64,000 nucleotides of DNA, taken from contig CAXXOC010000026.1 in NCBI GenBank assembly GCA_958439195.2, positions 339-64,338 of the forward strand, written 5' to 3'. The translations under genes and the position numbers were made by a program. Below, piece by piece: positions 17,410 through 27,760 of the stretch (position 1 is its first letter; each line of letters opens with the position of its first letter). The notes under the pieces are model-generated. The model saw only the letters and a program-made list of their open reading frames with translations. It ran no database searches and was not told the origin of the DNA. This stretch comes from an uncultured Rhodobacteraceae bacterium (GTDB lineage Bacteria; Pseudomonadota; Alphaproteobacteria; Rhodobacterales; Rhodobacteraceae).

Positions 17410-18321
17410 ATGTCGATCCGTCCCGTCGTTCATGAAAACCACGCCCAACCCACCTACGAAGGCGCGGGCGTTCATCTGCACCGTGCCTTCGGTTTTGGCG
17501 ACCCGGACAGGATGGACCCGTTCCTGCTGTTCGACGATTTCCGCAACGAAGACCCGCGTGATTACATGCGTGGCTTTCCCTGGCACCCGCATCGCGGCAT
17601 CGAAACGATCACCTATGTGCTTGCAGGCGCGGTGGAACATGGCGACAGCCTCGGCAACCACGGCCTGCTCAAGGGCGGCGATGTGCAATGGATGACCGCC
17701 GGATCGGGCATCCTGCATCAGGAAATGCCGCGCGGGAATGGCAAGGGTCAGATGCACGGCTTTCAGCTTTGGGCGAACCTGCCCTCTGCGCTGAAGATGA
17801 CCGCCCCGCGCTATCAGGACGTAAAGGGCAAGGACATCCCCGAAATCATGGATGATGATGGCACCGTGGTGAAGATCATCGTCGGATCGTTCTGGGGCAA
17901 GACCGGCCCTGTGGACGGCATCGCCGCCGATCCACAATACCTTGATATCTACGTGCCGCCGGGGCGGAGAAAGACCTTCAAGGTCGATACCTATCGCCGC
18001 GCCTTCGCCTATGTCTTTGACGGCAAGGGCAGCTTCCGCGACGCCAGCCGCCCCAAGGGCGTTCTGCTGGAAAAAGAAGTTATGGGCCACGAGGTGAACA
18101 TCCGTGACATGTCGGGGGACCGTACTTTGGTGCAGTTCGGCACCGGGGATGAGGTGACGGTGCAGGCCGGTCCCGACGGCATCCGCTTCTTGCTCATTTC
18201 CGGCGCCCCGATCCAGGAACCGGTCGCATGGCACGGTCCCATCGTGATGAATACCCAGGCCGAAATCCGGCAGGCTATGGCCGAACTGAAGAACGGCACC
18301 TTCATCCGGCCCGCGCATTGA
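17410..18321 (+). CDS. Pirin family protein
   Basis: GFPWHPHRGIETITYVLAGAVEHGDSLGN is the pirin N-terminal cupin metal-binding motif, in a bicupin-length protein of 303 aa. Confidence 0.9.
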   Translation: MSIRPVVHENHAQPTYEGAGVHLHRAFGFGDPDRMDPFLLFDDFRNEDPRDYMRGFPWHPHRGIETITYVLAGAVEHGDSLGNHGLLKGGDVQWMTAGSGILHQEMPRGNGKGQMHGFQLWANLPSALKMTAPRYQDVKGKDIPEIMDDDGTVVKIIVGSFWGKTGPVDGIAADPQYLDIYVPPGRRKTFKVDTYRRAFAYVFDGKGSFRDASRPKGVLLEKEVMGHEVNIRDMSGDRTLVQFGTGDEVTVQAGPDGIRFLLISGAPIQEPVAWHGPIVMNTQAEIRQAMAELKNGTFIRPAH

Positions 18322-18394
18322 CGCGGGCCGCGCTTGCGGATTTGCTGGGCAACCGATACGCCCGACCACGCGGGCCAGCCCGCCCGGAGGCCAC

Positions 18395-18616
18395 ATGACC
18401 CGCCTGCCCCTTCTTCTTGCCCTTGCCTGCGTCGCAACACTGGCCGGTTGCAGCGATCCGGGCTTTCTGCGGCAGGCGGAACCCGCGCCAACCCCCGTCC
18501 TGCTTCCGATCGAACAAATTCTGGAAGGCACCAGCCCGCAACTGGATGCCGAGGCAGCCGCCGCCCTCACAGCGCGCGGCGCCGACCTGCGCGCCCGGAC
18601 CGGCACCGAAGGCTAG
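18395..18616 (+). CDS. Small hypothetical lipoprotein
   Basis: Signal peptide plus lipobox MTRLPLLLALACVATLAGC. A GGAGG Shine-Dalgarno sits ~4 nt upstream of the ATG. Confidence 0.55.
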   Translation: MTRLPLLLALACVATLAGCSDPGFLRQAEPAPTPVLLPIEQILEGTSPQLDAEAAAALTARGADLRARTGTEG

Positions 18617-18684
18617 GCCGCGTTGCAAGCCTTGCCGCGAACGGCTAAGGGGGCTGCGTGCCTGCCCGCTTGATGGAGTCTTAC

Positions 18685-19980
18685 ATGCCTGCGCCCCTTC
18701 GCCTTGGTCTTGCCGGTCTGGGAACTGTGGGTATCGGCGTGGTCAAGATCGTGCAAAGACACGCCGACCTGCTTGCCGCCCGCGCCGGACGCCCGGTGGT
18801 GATCACCGCCGTGTCCGCCCGCGACCGCACGAAAAACCGCGACGCCGATCTGTCCGGCTATGCCTGGGAAACCGACCCGGTCGCCTTGGCCCTCCGCGAT
18901 GATGTCGATGTGTTCGTCGAAGTGATGGGCGGCCATGACGGCCCCGCCAAGGCCGCGACCGAGGCCGCAATCTCCAGCGGCAAGGATGTCGTCACCGCCA
19001 ACAAGGCGCTGCTGGCCCATCATGGCCACGCCCTCGCCCTGGCCGCCGAATCCGCAGGCCGCGTGATCCGGTTCGAGGCGGCGGTGGCGGGCGGTATCCC
19101 GGTGATCAAGGCGCTGACCGAAGGTCTGGCCGCAAACCAGATCCGCCGTGTGATGGGCGTGATGAACGGCACCTGCAATTACATCCTGACGCGCATGGCC
19201 AGCGCCGGCCTGCCCTATGAAACGGTTTTTGAAGAGGCCCGCCAATTGGGCTATCTGGAGGCCGACCCTAACCTTGACGTGGGCGGCATCGACGCAGGCC
19301 ATAAACTTTCCCTGCTGGCCGCCATCGCCTTTGGCACCAAGGTCAGCTTTGACCATGTGGAACTGGAAGGCATCGGCAATGTGTCGATCGAAGACATTCG
19401 CATGGCCGATGACATGGGCTATCATATCAAGCTCTTGGGTGTGGCGCAGATGACAGGGCGGGGGCTGGAACAGCGCATGACACCGTGCCTCGTCCCGGCA
19501 GAAAGCCCACTGGGCCAGTTGCAGGGCGGCACCAACATGGTGGTGCTGGATGGCGACAGCGTGGGCCAGATCGTCCTGCGCGGCCCCGGCGCAGGCGAAG
19601 GCCCAACCGCCAGCGCCGTCATGGCCGATGTGATGGACCTTGCCCGTGGCTTCCGTATTCCAACCTTCGGTCGGCCCGCCGCTACCCTTGCCGACCCGGT
19701 CCCCGCCAAGGCCGCCACCCCGGCCCCCTACTACCTGCGCATGACGCTTCTGGACAAACCCGGCGCGTTGGCCAAAGTGGCCACCTGCCTGGGCGAGGCA
19801 GGCATCTCCATCGACCAGATGCGCCAGATCAACCAGCCGGGCGAAGCGGATGACAAGGCGGTGGTGCTGATCGTCACACACAAGGCCGCCCCCGCCGACA
19901 TCGCCTATGCTCTGGCCCGCTTTGGTGAAACCGGGGTGGTGATGGGTGCGCCGGTGGCGATCCGCATCGAGGAAGTCTGA
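18685..19980 (+). CDS. hom: Homoserine dehydrogenase
   Basis: LRLGLAGLGTVGIGVV NAD fold, a catalytic domain and a C-terminal ACT domain (YYLRMTLLDKPGALAKVATCLGEAGISI). The track ORF starts at 18658; I prefer the Met at 18685. Confidence 0.9.
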   Translation: MPAPLRLGLAGLGTVGIGVVKIVQRHADLLAARAGRPVVITAVSARDRTKNRDADLSGYAWETDPVALALRDDVDVFVEVMGGHDGPAKAATEAAISSGKDVVTANKALLAHHGHALALAAESAGRVIRFEAAVAGGIPVIKALTEGLAANQIRRVMGVMNGTCNYILTRMASAGLPYETVFEEARQLGYLEADPNLDVGGIDAGHKLSLLAAIAFGTKVSFDHVELEGIGNVSIEDIRMADDMGYHIKLLGVAQMTGRGLEQRMTPCLVPAESPLGQLQGGTNMVVLDGDSVGQIVLRGPGAGEGPTASAVMADVMDLARGFRIPTFGRPAATLADPVPAKAATPAPYYLRMTLLDKPGALAKVATCLGEAGISIDQMRQINQPGEADDKAVVLIVTHKAAPADIAYALARFGETGVVMGAPVAIRIEEV

Positions 19981-20132
19981 TCGCGGCTGGCCACGACAAT
20001 TCTTCGCAAAAGAATTTTCCTCTCTCTGATTGGAAACACCTTGTCTTTGCCCCGTTAGCGCGACCACGCTTGCCCCACACCTGCCCGAACGGTAAGGGGC
20101 GGGGGCAAAACCGGGGCGAGGAGTGACGACAC

Positions 20133-21098
20133 ATGGCCGACAAGCAGGAATTCGAAGACCGCCTTCTTTCGCTGGGCCTTGCCCGCGTGTCAGAGGCCGC
20201 CGCCCTTGCCAGCGCACAACTGATCGGACGTGGCGATGAAAAGGCCGCCGATCAGGCCGCCGTCAACGCCATGCGCGACCAGTTGAACCTTCTCGACATC
20301 GCCGGGGTGGTGGTGATCGGTGAAGGCGAACGGGACGAAGCGCCGATGCTTTATATCGGCGAAAAGGTCGGCACCGGGAACGGCCCTGCCGTGGATATCG
20401 CGCTCGACCCACTGGAAGGCACCACGCTTACGGCCAAGGACATGCCCAACGCCCTGACCGTGATCGCAATGGCCCCGCGCGGCACGATGCTGCATGCCCC
20501 CGATGTCTATATGGAAAAGCTGGCCATCGGCCCCGGCTACAAACCCGGCACCGTCACCATGTCGATGTCCCCTGCCGAACGTGTGTCAGCCCTCGCCGCC
20601 GCCAAAGGCTGCTCGACCGAAGACATCACCGTCTGCGTGCTGGAACGCCCTCGGCATGAAGAAATGATCAAGGAAATCCGCTCCACCGGGGCATCCATCC
20701 GCCTGATCACCGATGGCGACGTCGCAGGCGTCATGCATTGCGCCGAACCCGAGGTGACGGGGATCGACATGTATATGGGATCAGGCGGCGCCCCCGAAGG
20801 CGTGCTGGCCGCCGCCGCGCTGAAATGCATGGGCGGGCATTTCTATGGCAAGCTGCTGTTCCGCAACGATGACGAACGCAGCCGCGCGCGCAAAGCCGGG
20901 ATCACCAATTTCGACCGCGTCTACACGCGCGATGATCTGGTGCGCGGCGACGTGATCTTTGCCGCCACCGGTGTCACCAGCGGGTCGCTGCTGGCAGGGA
21001 TCAAACGCGAACCGGGCTGGGTGACGACCGAAACCATCCTGATGCGGTCCAAGACCGGATCGGTTCGGCGGGTCACTTATCGCAGCCCCGTAAAGTGA
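20133..21098 (+). CDS. glpX: Class II fructose-1,6-bisphosphatase GlpX
   Basis: RVSEAAALASAQLIGRGDEKAADQAAVNAMR...IGEGERDEAPMLYIGEKVG...DIALDPLEGT is a GlpX family hallmark. Confidence 0.93.
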   Translation: MADKQEFEDRLLSLGLARVSEAAALASAQLIGRGDEKAADQAAVNAMRDQLNLLDIAGVVVIGEGERDEAPMLYIGEKVGTGNGPAVDIALDPLEGTTLTAKDMPNALTVIAMAPRGTMLHAPDVYMEKLAIGPGYKPGTVTMSMSPAERVSALAAAKGCSTEDITVCVLERPRHEEMIKEIRSTGASIRLITDGDVAGVMHCAEPEVTGIDMYMGSGGAPEGVLAAAALKCMGGHFYGKLLFRNDDERSRARKAGITNFDRVYTRDDLVRGDVIFAATGVTSGSLLAGIKREPGWVTTETILMRSKTGSVRRVTYRSPVK

Positions 21099-21185
21099 TC
21101 TGCCAGATTACGTAAATTACGTATTTTTGGCGTGAACAGGCGGCAGGGCTTGCAGCCCTGCCCGCCTTGCGGCACTAGATCGGGC

Positions 21186-22937
21186 ATGACCGCACGCGCC
21201 TTCCTCAATGTCGAAGCCTCGCTCACCGGGCGGCGCTGGATCGGCCCTTCCCCCGAAGAGGACCGTCTGGCCGAGGCGATGGCGCAAGTGACCCGCCTGC
21301 CCCTTGCGCTGTGTCACACGCTGGTCAAGCGGGGCGTCACCCCTGCGGATGCACCTGCCTACCTCGCCCCGGCCCTGCGCGACCTGCTGCCCGATCCGCT
21401 GACCCTGCGCGACATGGGGTCTGCGGCAACGCGCTTTCTGCGCGCGCTTGCGGGGCGTGAAAAGATCGCCGTCTTTGCGGATTACGATGTCGACGGCGGA
21501 TCTTCCGCCGCACTTTTGCTGGTCTGGTTGCGCGCGATGGGCCATACGGCCACGCTCTATATCCCCGACAGGATCGACGAAGGCTATGGCCCGAACGTCC
21601 CCGCGATGGCGGCGCTGGCAGAACAGCACAGCCTGATTGTCTGCGTCGATTGTGGAACCCTGTCGCATGATCCCATAGCCGCTGCTGTGGCAAAGGGCGC
21701 GGATGTGGTGGTGCTGGACCATCACCTTGGCGCCGACACCCTGCCCCCGGCCTGCGCCATCGTGAACCCAAACCGGCAGGATGAAGACGGCTCCCTCGGC
21801 CATCTCTGCGCCGCCTCGGTGGTGTTCCTGATGCTGGTCGAAGCGAACCGCCAATTACGCGCCGAAGGCGTGCAGGGGCCGGACCTGATGTCGCTTCTCG
21901 ATCTGGTGGCGCTGGCCACGGTGGCGGATGTCGCCCCGCTGATCGGCGTCAACCGTGCGCTGGTGCGGCAGGGGCTAAAGGTCATGGCGCAGCGTGAACG
22001 GGTGGGCCTGCGCGCGCTGGCCGATGTCGCACGCATGGACACCGCCCCAAATACCTACAGCCTTGGCTTCCTCCTTGGTCCCCGCGTCAATGCGGGTGGT
22101 CGCATCGGTGCGGCCGATCTGGGCGCGCGCCTGCTGATCACCGAAGACGAGGCCGAGGCAAAGGCCCTGGCCGACCGGCTGGATGAGTTGAACTCCGAAC
22201 GCCGCGAGATCGAGATGCGCGTCCGTGAGGCCGCGATGGCCCAGGCAGAAGCGCGGGGTCTGGATGCGCCGCTGGTCTGGGCTGCCGGTGCAGGCTGGCA
22301 TCCCGGCGTGGTCGGCATCGTCGCCAGCCGGTTGAAAGAGGCAACAAACCGCCCCGCCGTGGTGATCGGTCTTGATGGCGGCATGGGCAAAGGTTCGGGC
22401 CGGTCCATTTCCGGCGTCGATCTGGGCGCATCCATTCACCGGCTGGCAGCCGAGGGGTGGCTTATCAAAGGCGGCGGGCACCGCATGGCCGCTGGCCTGA
22501 CGGTTGCGGAGGACAAACTGGAACAGGCAATGGCCCGCCTGTCCGATCTGCTGGCACGCCAGGGCGCAGGCACCGCAGGCCCGGCTGATCTGAAACTCGA
22601 CAGCTTGCTGATGCCCGGCGCCGCCGACCGCGATCTGGTGGAAAAACTTGAAGAGGCGGGGCCGTTCGGCGCCTCCTCCCCCGCGCCACGCTTTGCCTTT
22701 GCGGGCATGGCCGTCAGCGCGCGAAGGATCGGCGAATCCCACCTGCGCCTGTCCTTTGGCGATGGGCTGGGCGCAAAACTGGATGCCGTCGCGTTCGGTG
22801 CCTTTGATGGCCCACTTGGCCCCGCGTTGCTGGAAGGCGGGCATCAAAGGTTCCATCTGGCCGGGCGGCTGGAGTTGAACCAATGGAACGGTAAGACCAA
22901 GGTGCAACTGCGCCTCGAAGATGCCGCCCGCGCCTGA
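21186..22937 (+). CDS. recJ: Single-stranded-DNA-specific exonuclease RecJ
   Basis: DHH motifs (IAVFADYDVDGGSS, VVVLDHH) and a DHHA1 domain (GGGHRMAAG). Start chosen at MTARAFLNVEASLTGRRW. Confidence 0.93.
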   Translation: MTARAFLNVEASLTGRRWIGPSPEEDRLAEAMAQVTRLPLALCHTLVKRGVTPADAPAYLAPALRDLLPDPLTLRDMGSAATRFLRALAGREKIAVFADYDVDGGSSAALLLVWLRAMGHTATLYIPDRIDEGYGPNVPAMAALAEQHSLIVCVDCGTLSHDPIAAAVAKGADVVVLDHHLGADTLPPACAIVNPNRQDEDGSLGHLCAASVVFLMLVEANRQLRAEGVQGPDLMSLLDLVALATVADVAPLIGVNRALVRQGLKVMAQRERVGLRALADVARMDTAPNTYSLGFLLGPRVNAGGRIGAADLGARLLITEDEAEAKALADRLDELNSERREIEMRVREAAMAQAEARGLDAPLVWAAGAGWHPGVVGIVASRLKEATNRPAVVIGLDGGMGKGSGRSISGVDLGASIHRLAAEGWLIKGGGHRMAAGLTVAEDKLEQAMARLSDLLARQGAGTAGPADLKLDSLLMPGAADRDLVEKLEEAGPFGASSPAPRFAFAGMAVSARRIGESHLRLSFGDGLGAKLDAVAFGAFDGPLGPALLEGGHQRFHLAGRLELNQWNGKTKVQLRLEDAARA

Positions 22938-23058
22938 CGCTGGCCCCCGCCTACACCGCACCTGCCCACACCCACGCCCACGCAAAGCACCCCCCCGCCG
23001 CACATTTTCCCCCTTGCGAGTCACCCGCCCCACCATTAGACACCCCGCCATTGCCAGT

Positions 23059-23133
23059 GGCCCGTTCGTCTATCGGTTAGGACACCAGGTTTTCAACCTG
23101 GGAAGAGGGGTTCGACTCCCCTACGGGCTGCCA
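23059..23133 (+). tRNA. tRNA-Glu (anticodon UUC)
   Basis: Hand-folded cloverleaf. Acceptor GGCCCGT/ACGGGCT, D arm GTC-TATCGGTTAG-GAC, anticodon stem CCAGG/CCTGG with loop TTTTCAA, T arm AGGGG-TTCGACT-CCCCT, discriminator G, encoded CCA. Confidence 0.9.
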
Positions 23134-23274
23134 CCTCCCCTGAACCATTGCCGCACAAAATTGTTCTCGCTCGGATCGCCGCTGTGGTGGTTTTCCCTGT
23201 TCCCTGTGCGGCATGCCCGCGACAGGCGCGCCCCGTCATGCCATGATCGCGCAACCATCTTGTGCGAGGCGCGA

Positions 23275-24903
23275 ATGACGGCTCTCCCCCTTGGTCCCAG
23301 CGGCCATAGCGACACCTTCACCCGCGACAACCTTCCCCCGGCCAGCCAATGGCCCGACCTGCGGCTGGATGGCTTCGACTATCCCGATTGGCTGAATGCC
23401 GCGGTGGAATTGACTGACCGGATGGTCGAACGCGGCTTTGGCGATCACACCGCGCTGATCGGCAATGGTCGGACGCGCACCTACAAGGAACTCACCGACT
23501 GGTCCAACCGCATCGCCCATGCGCTGGTCGCAGATTACGGCGTGAAACCCGGCAATCGGGTGCTGATCCGGTCGGCCAACAACCCCGCGATGGTGGCCTG
23601 CTGGCTGGCCGCCACCAAGGCGGGCGCGGTGGTGGTCAACACCATGCCGATGCTGCGGGCGGGGGAGCTGTCGGCCATCGTGAACAAGGCGGAAATCACC
23701 CACGCCCTTTGCGACACCCGCCTGATGCAAGACCTCGTCGCCTGCCAAAAGGGCAGCGCCCACCTGCACACCGTCGTGGGCTTTGACGGCACCGCCAATC
23801 ACGATGCCGAACTGGACCGGGTCGCCTTGCGCAAACCCGTCCGCTTCACCCCGCCGCCCACGGGCCGCGATGACGTGGCGCTTCTGGGCTTCACCTCCGG
23901 CACGACCGGAGAGCCGAAGGCCACAATGCATTTCCACCGCGACCTGCTGATCATCGCGGATGGCTATGCGCGCGAGGTGCTGGCCGTCACCCCCGACGAC
24001 ATCTTCATAGGCTCCCCACCCCTGGCCTTCACCTTCGGCTTGGGCGGGCTGGCCATCTTTCCCCTGCGCTTCGGCGCGGCGGCGGCGCTGCTGGAACAGG
24101 CCAGCCCGCCGAACATGATCGACATCATCACCGAACACCGTGCCACGATCTGCTTCACCGCCCCCACCGCCTATCGCGTCATGCTCAAGGCGATGGAAGA
24201 TGGGGCCGACCTCTCCTCGCTCCGCGCCGCGGTCAGCGCGGGCGAAACCCTGCCCGCCCCGGTCTATGATGAATGGATCGCCCGCACGGGCAAACCCATG
24301 CTGGATGGCATTGGTGCCACCGAAATGCTGCACATCTTCCTGACCAACCGCTTCGATGACCACCGGCCCGGCTGTACCGGCCGCCCTGTCACGGGCTATG
24401 AGGCGCGGATCGTCGGCCCCGACATGGCCGAACTCCCCCGCGGCGAGGTGGGCCGTTTGGCCGTGCGCGGCCCCACGGGGTGCCGCTACATGGCCGATCC
24501 CCGCCAGACCGCCTATGTCCAGGGCGGCTGGAACCTGACGGGCGACAGTTTCTGGCAGGATGCCGACGGCCGCTTCCACTTTGCCGCCCGCTCCGATGAC
24601 ATGATCATCAGCGCCGGCTACAACATCGCGGGACCAGAGGTAGAGGCCGCACTGCTCTCCCACCCCGCCGTTCATGAATGCGCCGTCGTCGCCGCCCCAG
24701 ATGACGAACGCGGCCAGATCGTCGCCGCGCATGTGGTGCTGGCCCCCGGCGAAACGGGCGGCGCGCTGATGGTCAAACTGTTGCAGGACCACGTGAAAAA
24801 GGTGATCGCGCCCTACAAATACCCGCGCCGGGTTGTGTTCACCGACACCCTGCCGAAAACCCAGACCGGCAAGATCCAACGCTTTCGCCTGCGCGATCCG
24901 TGA
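23275..24903 (+). CDS. Aromatic acid-CoA ligase (2-aminobenzoate/benzoate-CoA ligase family, AMP-forming)
   Basis: N-terminus DTFTRDNLPPASQWPDL...DYPDWLNAAVELTDRMV resembles aminobenzoate-CoA ligases. AMP-binding motifs LLGFTSGTTGEPKATMH and a C-terminal PKTQTGKIQR. The track ORF (from 22921) reads through the tRNA and is not credible upstream of 23275. Confidence 0.85.
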   Translation: MTALPLGPSGHSDTFTRDNLPPASQWPDLRLDGFDYPDWLNAAVELTDRMVERGFGDHTALIGNGRTRTYKELTDWSNRIAHALVADYGVKPGNRVLIRSANNPAMVACWLAATKAGAVVVNTMPMLRAGELSAIVNKAEITHALCDTRLMQDLVACQKGSAHLHTVVGFDGTANHDAELDRVALRKPVRFTPPPTGRDDVALLGFTSGTTGEPKATMHFHRDLLIIADGYAREVLAVTPDDIFIGSPPLAFTFGLGGLAIFPLRFGAAAALLEQASPPNMIDIITEHRATICFTAPTAYRVMLKAMEDGADLSSLRAAVSAGETLPAPVYDEWIARTGKPMLDGIGATEMLHIFLTNRFDDHRPGCTGRPVTGYEARIVGPDMAELPRGEVGRLAVRGPTGCRYMADPRQTAYVQGGWNLTGDSFWQDADGRFHFAARSDDMIISAGYNIAGPEVEAALLSHPAVHECAVVAAPDDERGQIVAAHVVLAPGETGGALMVKLLQDHVKKVIAPYKYPRRVVFTDTLPKTQTGKIQRFRLRDP

Positions 24904-25311
24904 TCAGCCGGGGATCACCGCCGTCGCCTCGATCTCCACCTTGGCGCGATCCTCGACCAGCGCCACCACCTGCACCAAGGCCATCGCCGGGTAATGCCGC
25001 CCGATCACCGCCTTGTAGGCACGACCCAACTCTTTCAGCGACCCCAGATATTCCTGTTTGTCGGTGACATACCATGTCAACCGCACCAGATGCTCCGGCC
25101 CCGCCCCGGCACAGGCCAGCACCTCGACGATGGACCGCAGCGCCTGTTCCACCTGCCCCACGAAATCATCCGTCTCGAACTGCTGATCGGCGTTCCAGCC
25201 GATGATCCCCCCGGTGAACACCATCCGCCCAGTGGCGGCCACCCCGTTGGAATAGCCGATGGCCGGCTTCCAATGCGACGGGTGCAGGAATTGCAACGCA
25301 GTCTCGGTCAT
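24904..25311 (-). CDS. RidA family (YjgF/L-PSP) enamine/imine deaminase
   Basis: 135 aa, ...GYSNGVAATGRMVFTGGIIGW...RLTWYVTD...ALVEDRAKVEIEATAV, RidA-like. Confidence 0.85.
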   Translation of the reverse strand: MTETALQFLHPSHWKPAIGYSNGVAATGRMVFTGGIIGWNADQQFETDDFVGQVEQALRSIVEVLACAGAGPEHLVRLTWYVTDKQEYLGSLKELGRAYKAVIGRHYPAMALVQVVALVEDRAKVEIEATAVIPG

Positions 25312-25718
25312 GCCACCCCCTCCTGATGCGCGGCCAAAACCGCACGAATACGGTCAGGCCAGCGTGCAGGCCGCCCCTCGGGCGACATCCACACCAGCAC
25401 CAGCCGCGCCGTCATCCGCTGCTGACCGCCGCTCGCCATCTCCAGCCGCAGGGTGACGGAACTGCCGCCCACCCGCTCCACCACCAACAGCCAGTCCAGC
25501 ACATCACCCAACCGCGACGGCGCACGAAAATCCGTCTCGACTCGCGCCGTAGGCACCGCGATGCCATCTTCCATCATGGCATGATAGGAATAGCCCACCA
25601 CCTCACGAAAGAAATTCTCGCAGACCGAATTGGTCATCTCGAAATAACGGGGGTAGAAAACGATCCCCGCCGGATCGCAATGGTTAAACTCCACCCGGAT
25701 CGTGCGCGCATAGCTCAT
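25308..25718 (-). CDS. Hotdog-fold acyl-CoA thioesterase (4HBT family)
   Basis: [31 protein letters not shown] is a 4HBT-type N-terminal catalytic region. There are 4-nt overlaps with both neighbours. Confidence 0.75.
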   Translation of the reverse strand: MSYARTIRVEFNHCDPAGIVFYPRYFEMTNSVCENFFREVVGYSYHAMMEDGIAVPTARVETDFRAPSRLGDVLDWLLVVERVGGSSVTLRLEMASGGQQRMTARLVLVWMSPEGRPARWPDRIRAVLAAHQEGVA

Positions 25719-26851
25719 CCCAGCACACTCCGCGCAATGACCACCCGCTGCACATCCGACGCGCCCTCATAAATCCGCAACGCCCGGATCTCGCGGTACA
25801 GGCTTTCCACCACCGATCCATGCCGCACGCCATCGCCGCCATGCAATTGCACCGCCATGTCGATCACCTCCTGCGCGGCCTCGGTGGCATACAGCTTGGC
25901 CATCGCCGCCTCACGCGTGACACGCGCCGCGCCATTGTCCTTGGCCCAGGCCGCCCGATACACCAGCAACGCCGCCGCATCGATCTTCAACGCCATATCG
26001 GCCAGATGCCCCTGCACCATCTGCAACTCGGCCAGCGCCTGCCCCTGAATCCGCCGCGCCTTGACGCGCGCCAACGCCTCATCCAGCGCCCGCCGCGCAA
26101 AGCCCAGCGCCGCCGCACCCACGGTGGACCGGAACACATCCAGCACCGACATGGCGATGCGAAAGCCCGCACCCTGATCGCCAACCAGTGCCGCCTCCGG
26201 CAACACCATCCCCGCCATCCGCAAGGTGGCCAGCGGATGCGGCGCGATCACCTCCAACCGTTCCACCACCTCAAGCCCCGGCGTATCGGCGGGCATCAGA
26301 AACGCTGACAACCCCTTCGCCCCCGGCGCCTCACCCGTCCGCGCAAAGACCACATAGACATCGGCAATCCCGCCATTGGAAATCCAGGTCTTTTCGCCCT
26401 CGATCAACCAACCACCCTGCACCCGCGTGGCTGTGGTCGTCGTCGCCGCCACATCCGACCCCGACCCCGGCTCTGTCAGCGCAAAGCCCGCAATTGCCGC
26501 CCCGGTCCGCGTCCGCGCCAGCCACTCCTGCTGCATGGGCGTGCCAAACAGGCTCACCGCCCCCATCCCCAGCCCCTGCATCGCAAAGGCGAAATCCGCC
26601 AAACCGTCATGCCGCGCCAGCGTCTCGCGGATCAGGCACAGCGTGCGCACATCCAACCGCTCGCCCGCCGCAGCGCCGCTGTGCTGCAACCAGCCGCCAT
26701 CCCCCAACATTGCCACCAGACCCCGACAGGCCGCATCCACATCGCCATGATCCACCGGCAGATGCGCGCCACACCACGCCCCAAGCGCCGCGGCCAGATC
26801 ACGGTGGCGCGCCTCAAAAAAGGGCCAGTCCAGAAAACTTGTATCGCTCAT
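25715..26851 (-). CDS. Acyl-CoA dehydrogenase
   Basis: ACAD architecture (…[17 protein letters not shown]…[17 protein letters not shown]… C-terminal [17 protein letters not shown]). Start taken at MSDTSFLD. The 7 extra codons in the track ORF are contributed by the adjacent repeat. Confidence 0.88.
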   Translation of the reverse strand: MSDTSFLDWPFFEARHRDLAAALGAWCGAHLPVDHGDVDAACRGLVAMLGDGGWLQHSGAAAGERLDVRTLCLIRETLARHDGLADFAFAMQGLGMGAVSLFGTPMQQEWLARTRTGAAIAGFALTEPGSGSDVAATTTTATRVQGGWLIEGEKTWISNGGIADVYVVFARTGEAPGAKGLSAFLMPADTPGLEVVERLEVIAPHPLATLRMAGMVLPEAALVGDQGAGFRIAMSVLDVFRSTVGAAALGFARRALDEALARVKARRIQGQALAELQMVQGHLADMALKIDAAALLVYRAAWAKDNGAARVTREAAMAKLYATEAAQEVIDMAVQLHGGDGVRHGSVVESLYREIRALRIYEGASDVQRVVIARSVLG

Positions 26852-26854
26852 GCC

Positions 26855-26942
26855 GCCTTCATCTTGGTTCAACTACCCTCAGGGGGTGAGGCGCGTCCGC
26901 GCCGAGGGGGCGGAACGCCCCCTGATTTTTCGCATGAAAAAT
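26855..26942. repeat. Composite palindromic intergenic repeat, copy C (inverted, between ech and acd)
   Basis: TTCATCTTGG...CCCTCAGGGGGTGAGGCGCGTCCGCGCCGAGGGGGCGGAACGCCCCCT is nearly the reverse complement of 6960-7026 in copy A. It is followed by a perfect hairpin GATTTTTC-GCAT-GAAAAATC. Confidence 0.8.
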
Positions 26943-26944
26943 CG

Positions 26945-27760
26945 TTAATCCCCGCCAAACACCGGCATCTCCTTCGCCACAAAGGCGTGGTAGGCCCGCT
27001 CGAAATCGCGCGTCTGCATGCAAATGGCCTGTGCCTGCGCCTCGGCCTCGATCGCCTGCTCCAATCCCATGTTCCATTCCTGGTTCAACTGCGTCTTTGT
27101 CATCCCATGCGCAAAGGTCGGCCCCGCCGCCAGTTGCCGCGCCAAGGCCATCGCCGCCGCCTCCAACTCCTCCGCCGGATGCAAAGCGTTCCAGAACCCC
27201 CAGCGTTCACCTTCTTCGGCGCGCATCACCCGCCCGGTATAGAGCAGTTCCGCCGCCCGCCCCTGCCCCACGATCCGGGGCAGCATTGCACAGGCGCCCA
27301 TGTCGCATCCCGCCAACCCCACGCGGGTGAACAGAAAGGCGCATTTCGCCGCCGGGGTCGCCAACCGCAGGTCCGACGCCATCGCCATGATCGCGCCCGC
27401 CCCCACGCAAACCCCATCCACCGCCGCGATGATGGGCTTGCCGCAGCCGATCATCGCCTTGACCAGATCGCCGGTCATGCGGGTAAAGGCCAAAAGCTCC
27501 TTCATCTCCATGCCGACCAGCGGGCCGATGATGTCATGCACATCGCCGCCGGAACAGAAATTCCCGCCATGCGATGCCAACACCACCACATCCACATCCG
27601 TCGCATAAACCAGCGCGCGAAAGGTATCGCGCAACTCGGCATAACTCTCGAATGTCAGCGGGTTCTTCCGCTCGGGCCGGTTCAGCCGCACCACGGCGAC
27701 GCGGTCCACCACCTCCCACAGGAAATGCACGGGCCTCAGCCCCGCCATCGCCGCCATCAC
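26945..27760 (-). CDS. Enoyl-CoA hydratase/isomerase family protein
   Basis: Crotonase fold: [20 protein letters not shown]...[17 protein letters not shown]...[25 protein letters not shown]. Confidence 0.85.
   Translation of the reverse strand: MMAAMAGLRPVHFLWEVVDRVAVVRLNRPERKNPLTFESYAELRDTFRALVYATDVDVVVLASHGGNFCSGGDVHDIIGPLVGMEMKELLAFTRMTGDLVKAMIGCGKPIIAAVDGVCVGAGAIMAMASDLRLATPAAKCAFLFTRVGLAGCDMGACAMLPRIVGQGRAAELLYTGRVMRAEEGERWGFWNALHPAEELEAAAMALARQLAAGPTFAHGMTKTQLNQEWNMGLEQAIEAEAQAQAICMQTRDFERAYHAFVAKEMPVFGGD

Noticed and set aside
22921-23274. N-terminal 118-codon extension of the CoA ligase ORF.
   Set aside because: It reads straight through the tRNA-Glu gene. Ligase-family similarity begins only at the Met at 23275.
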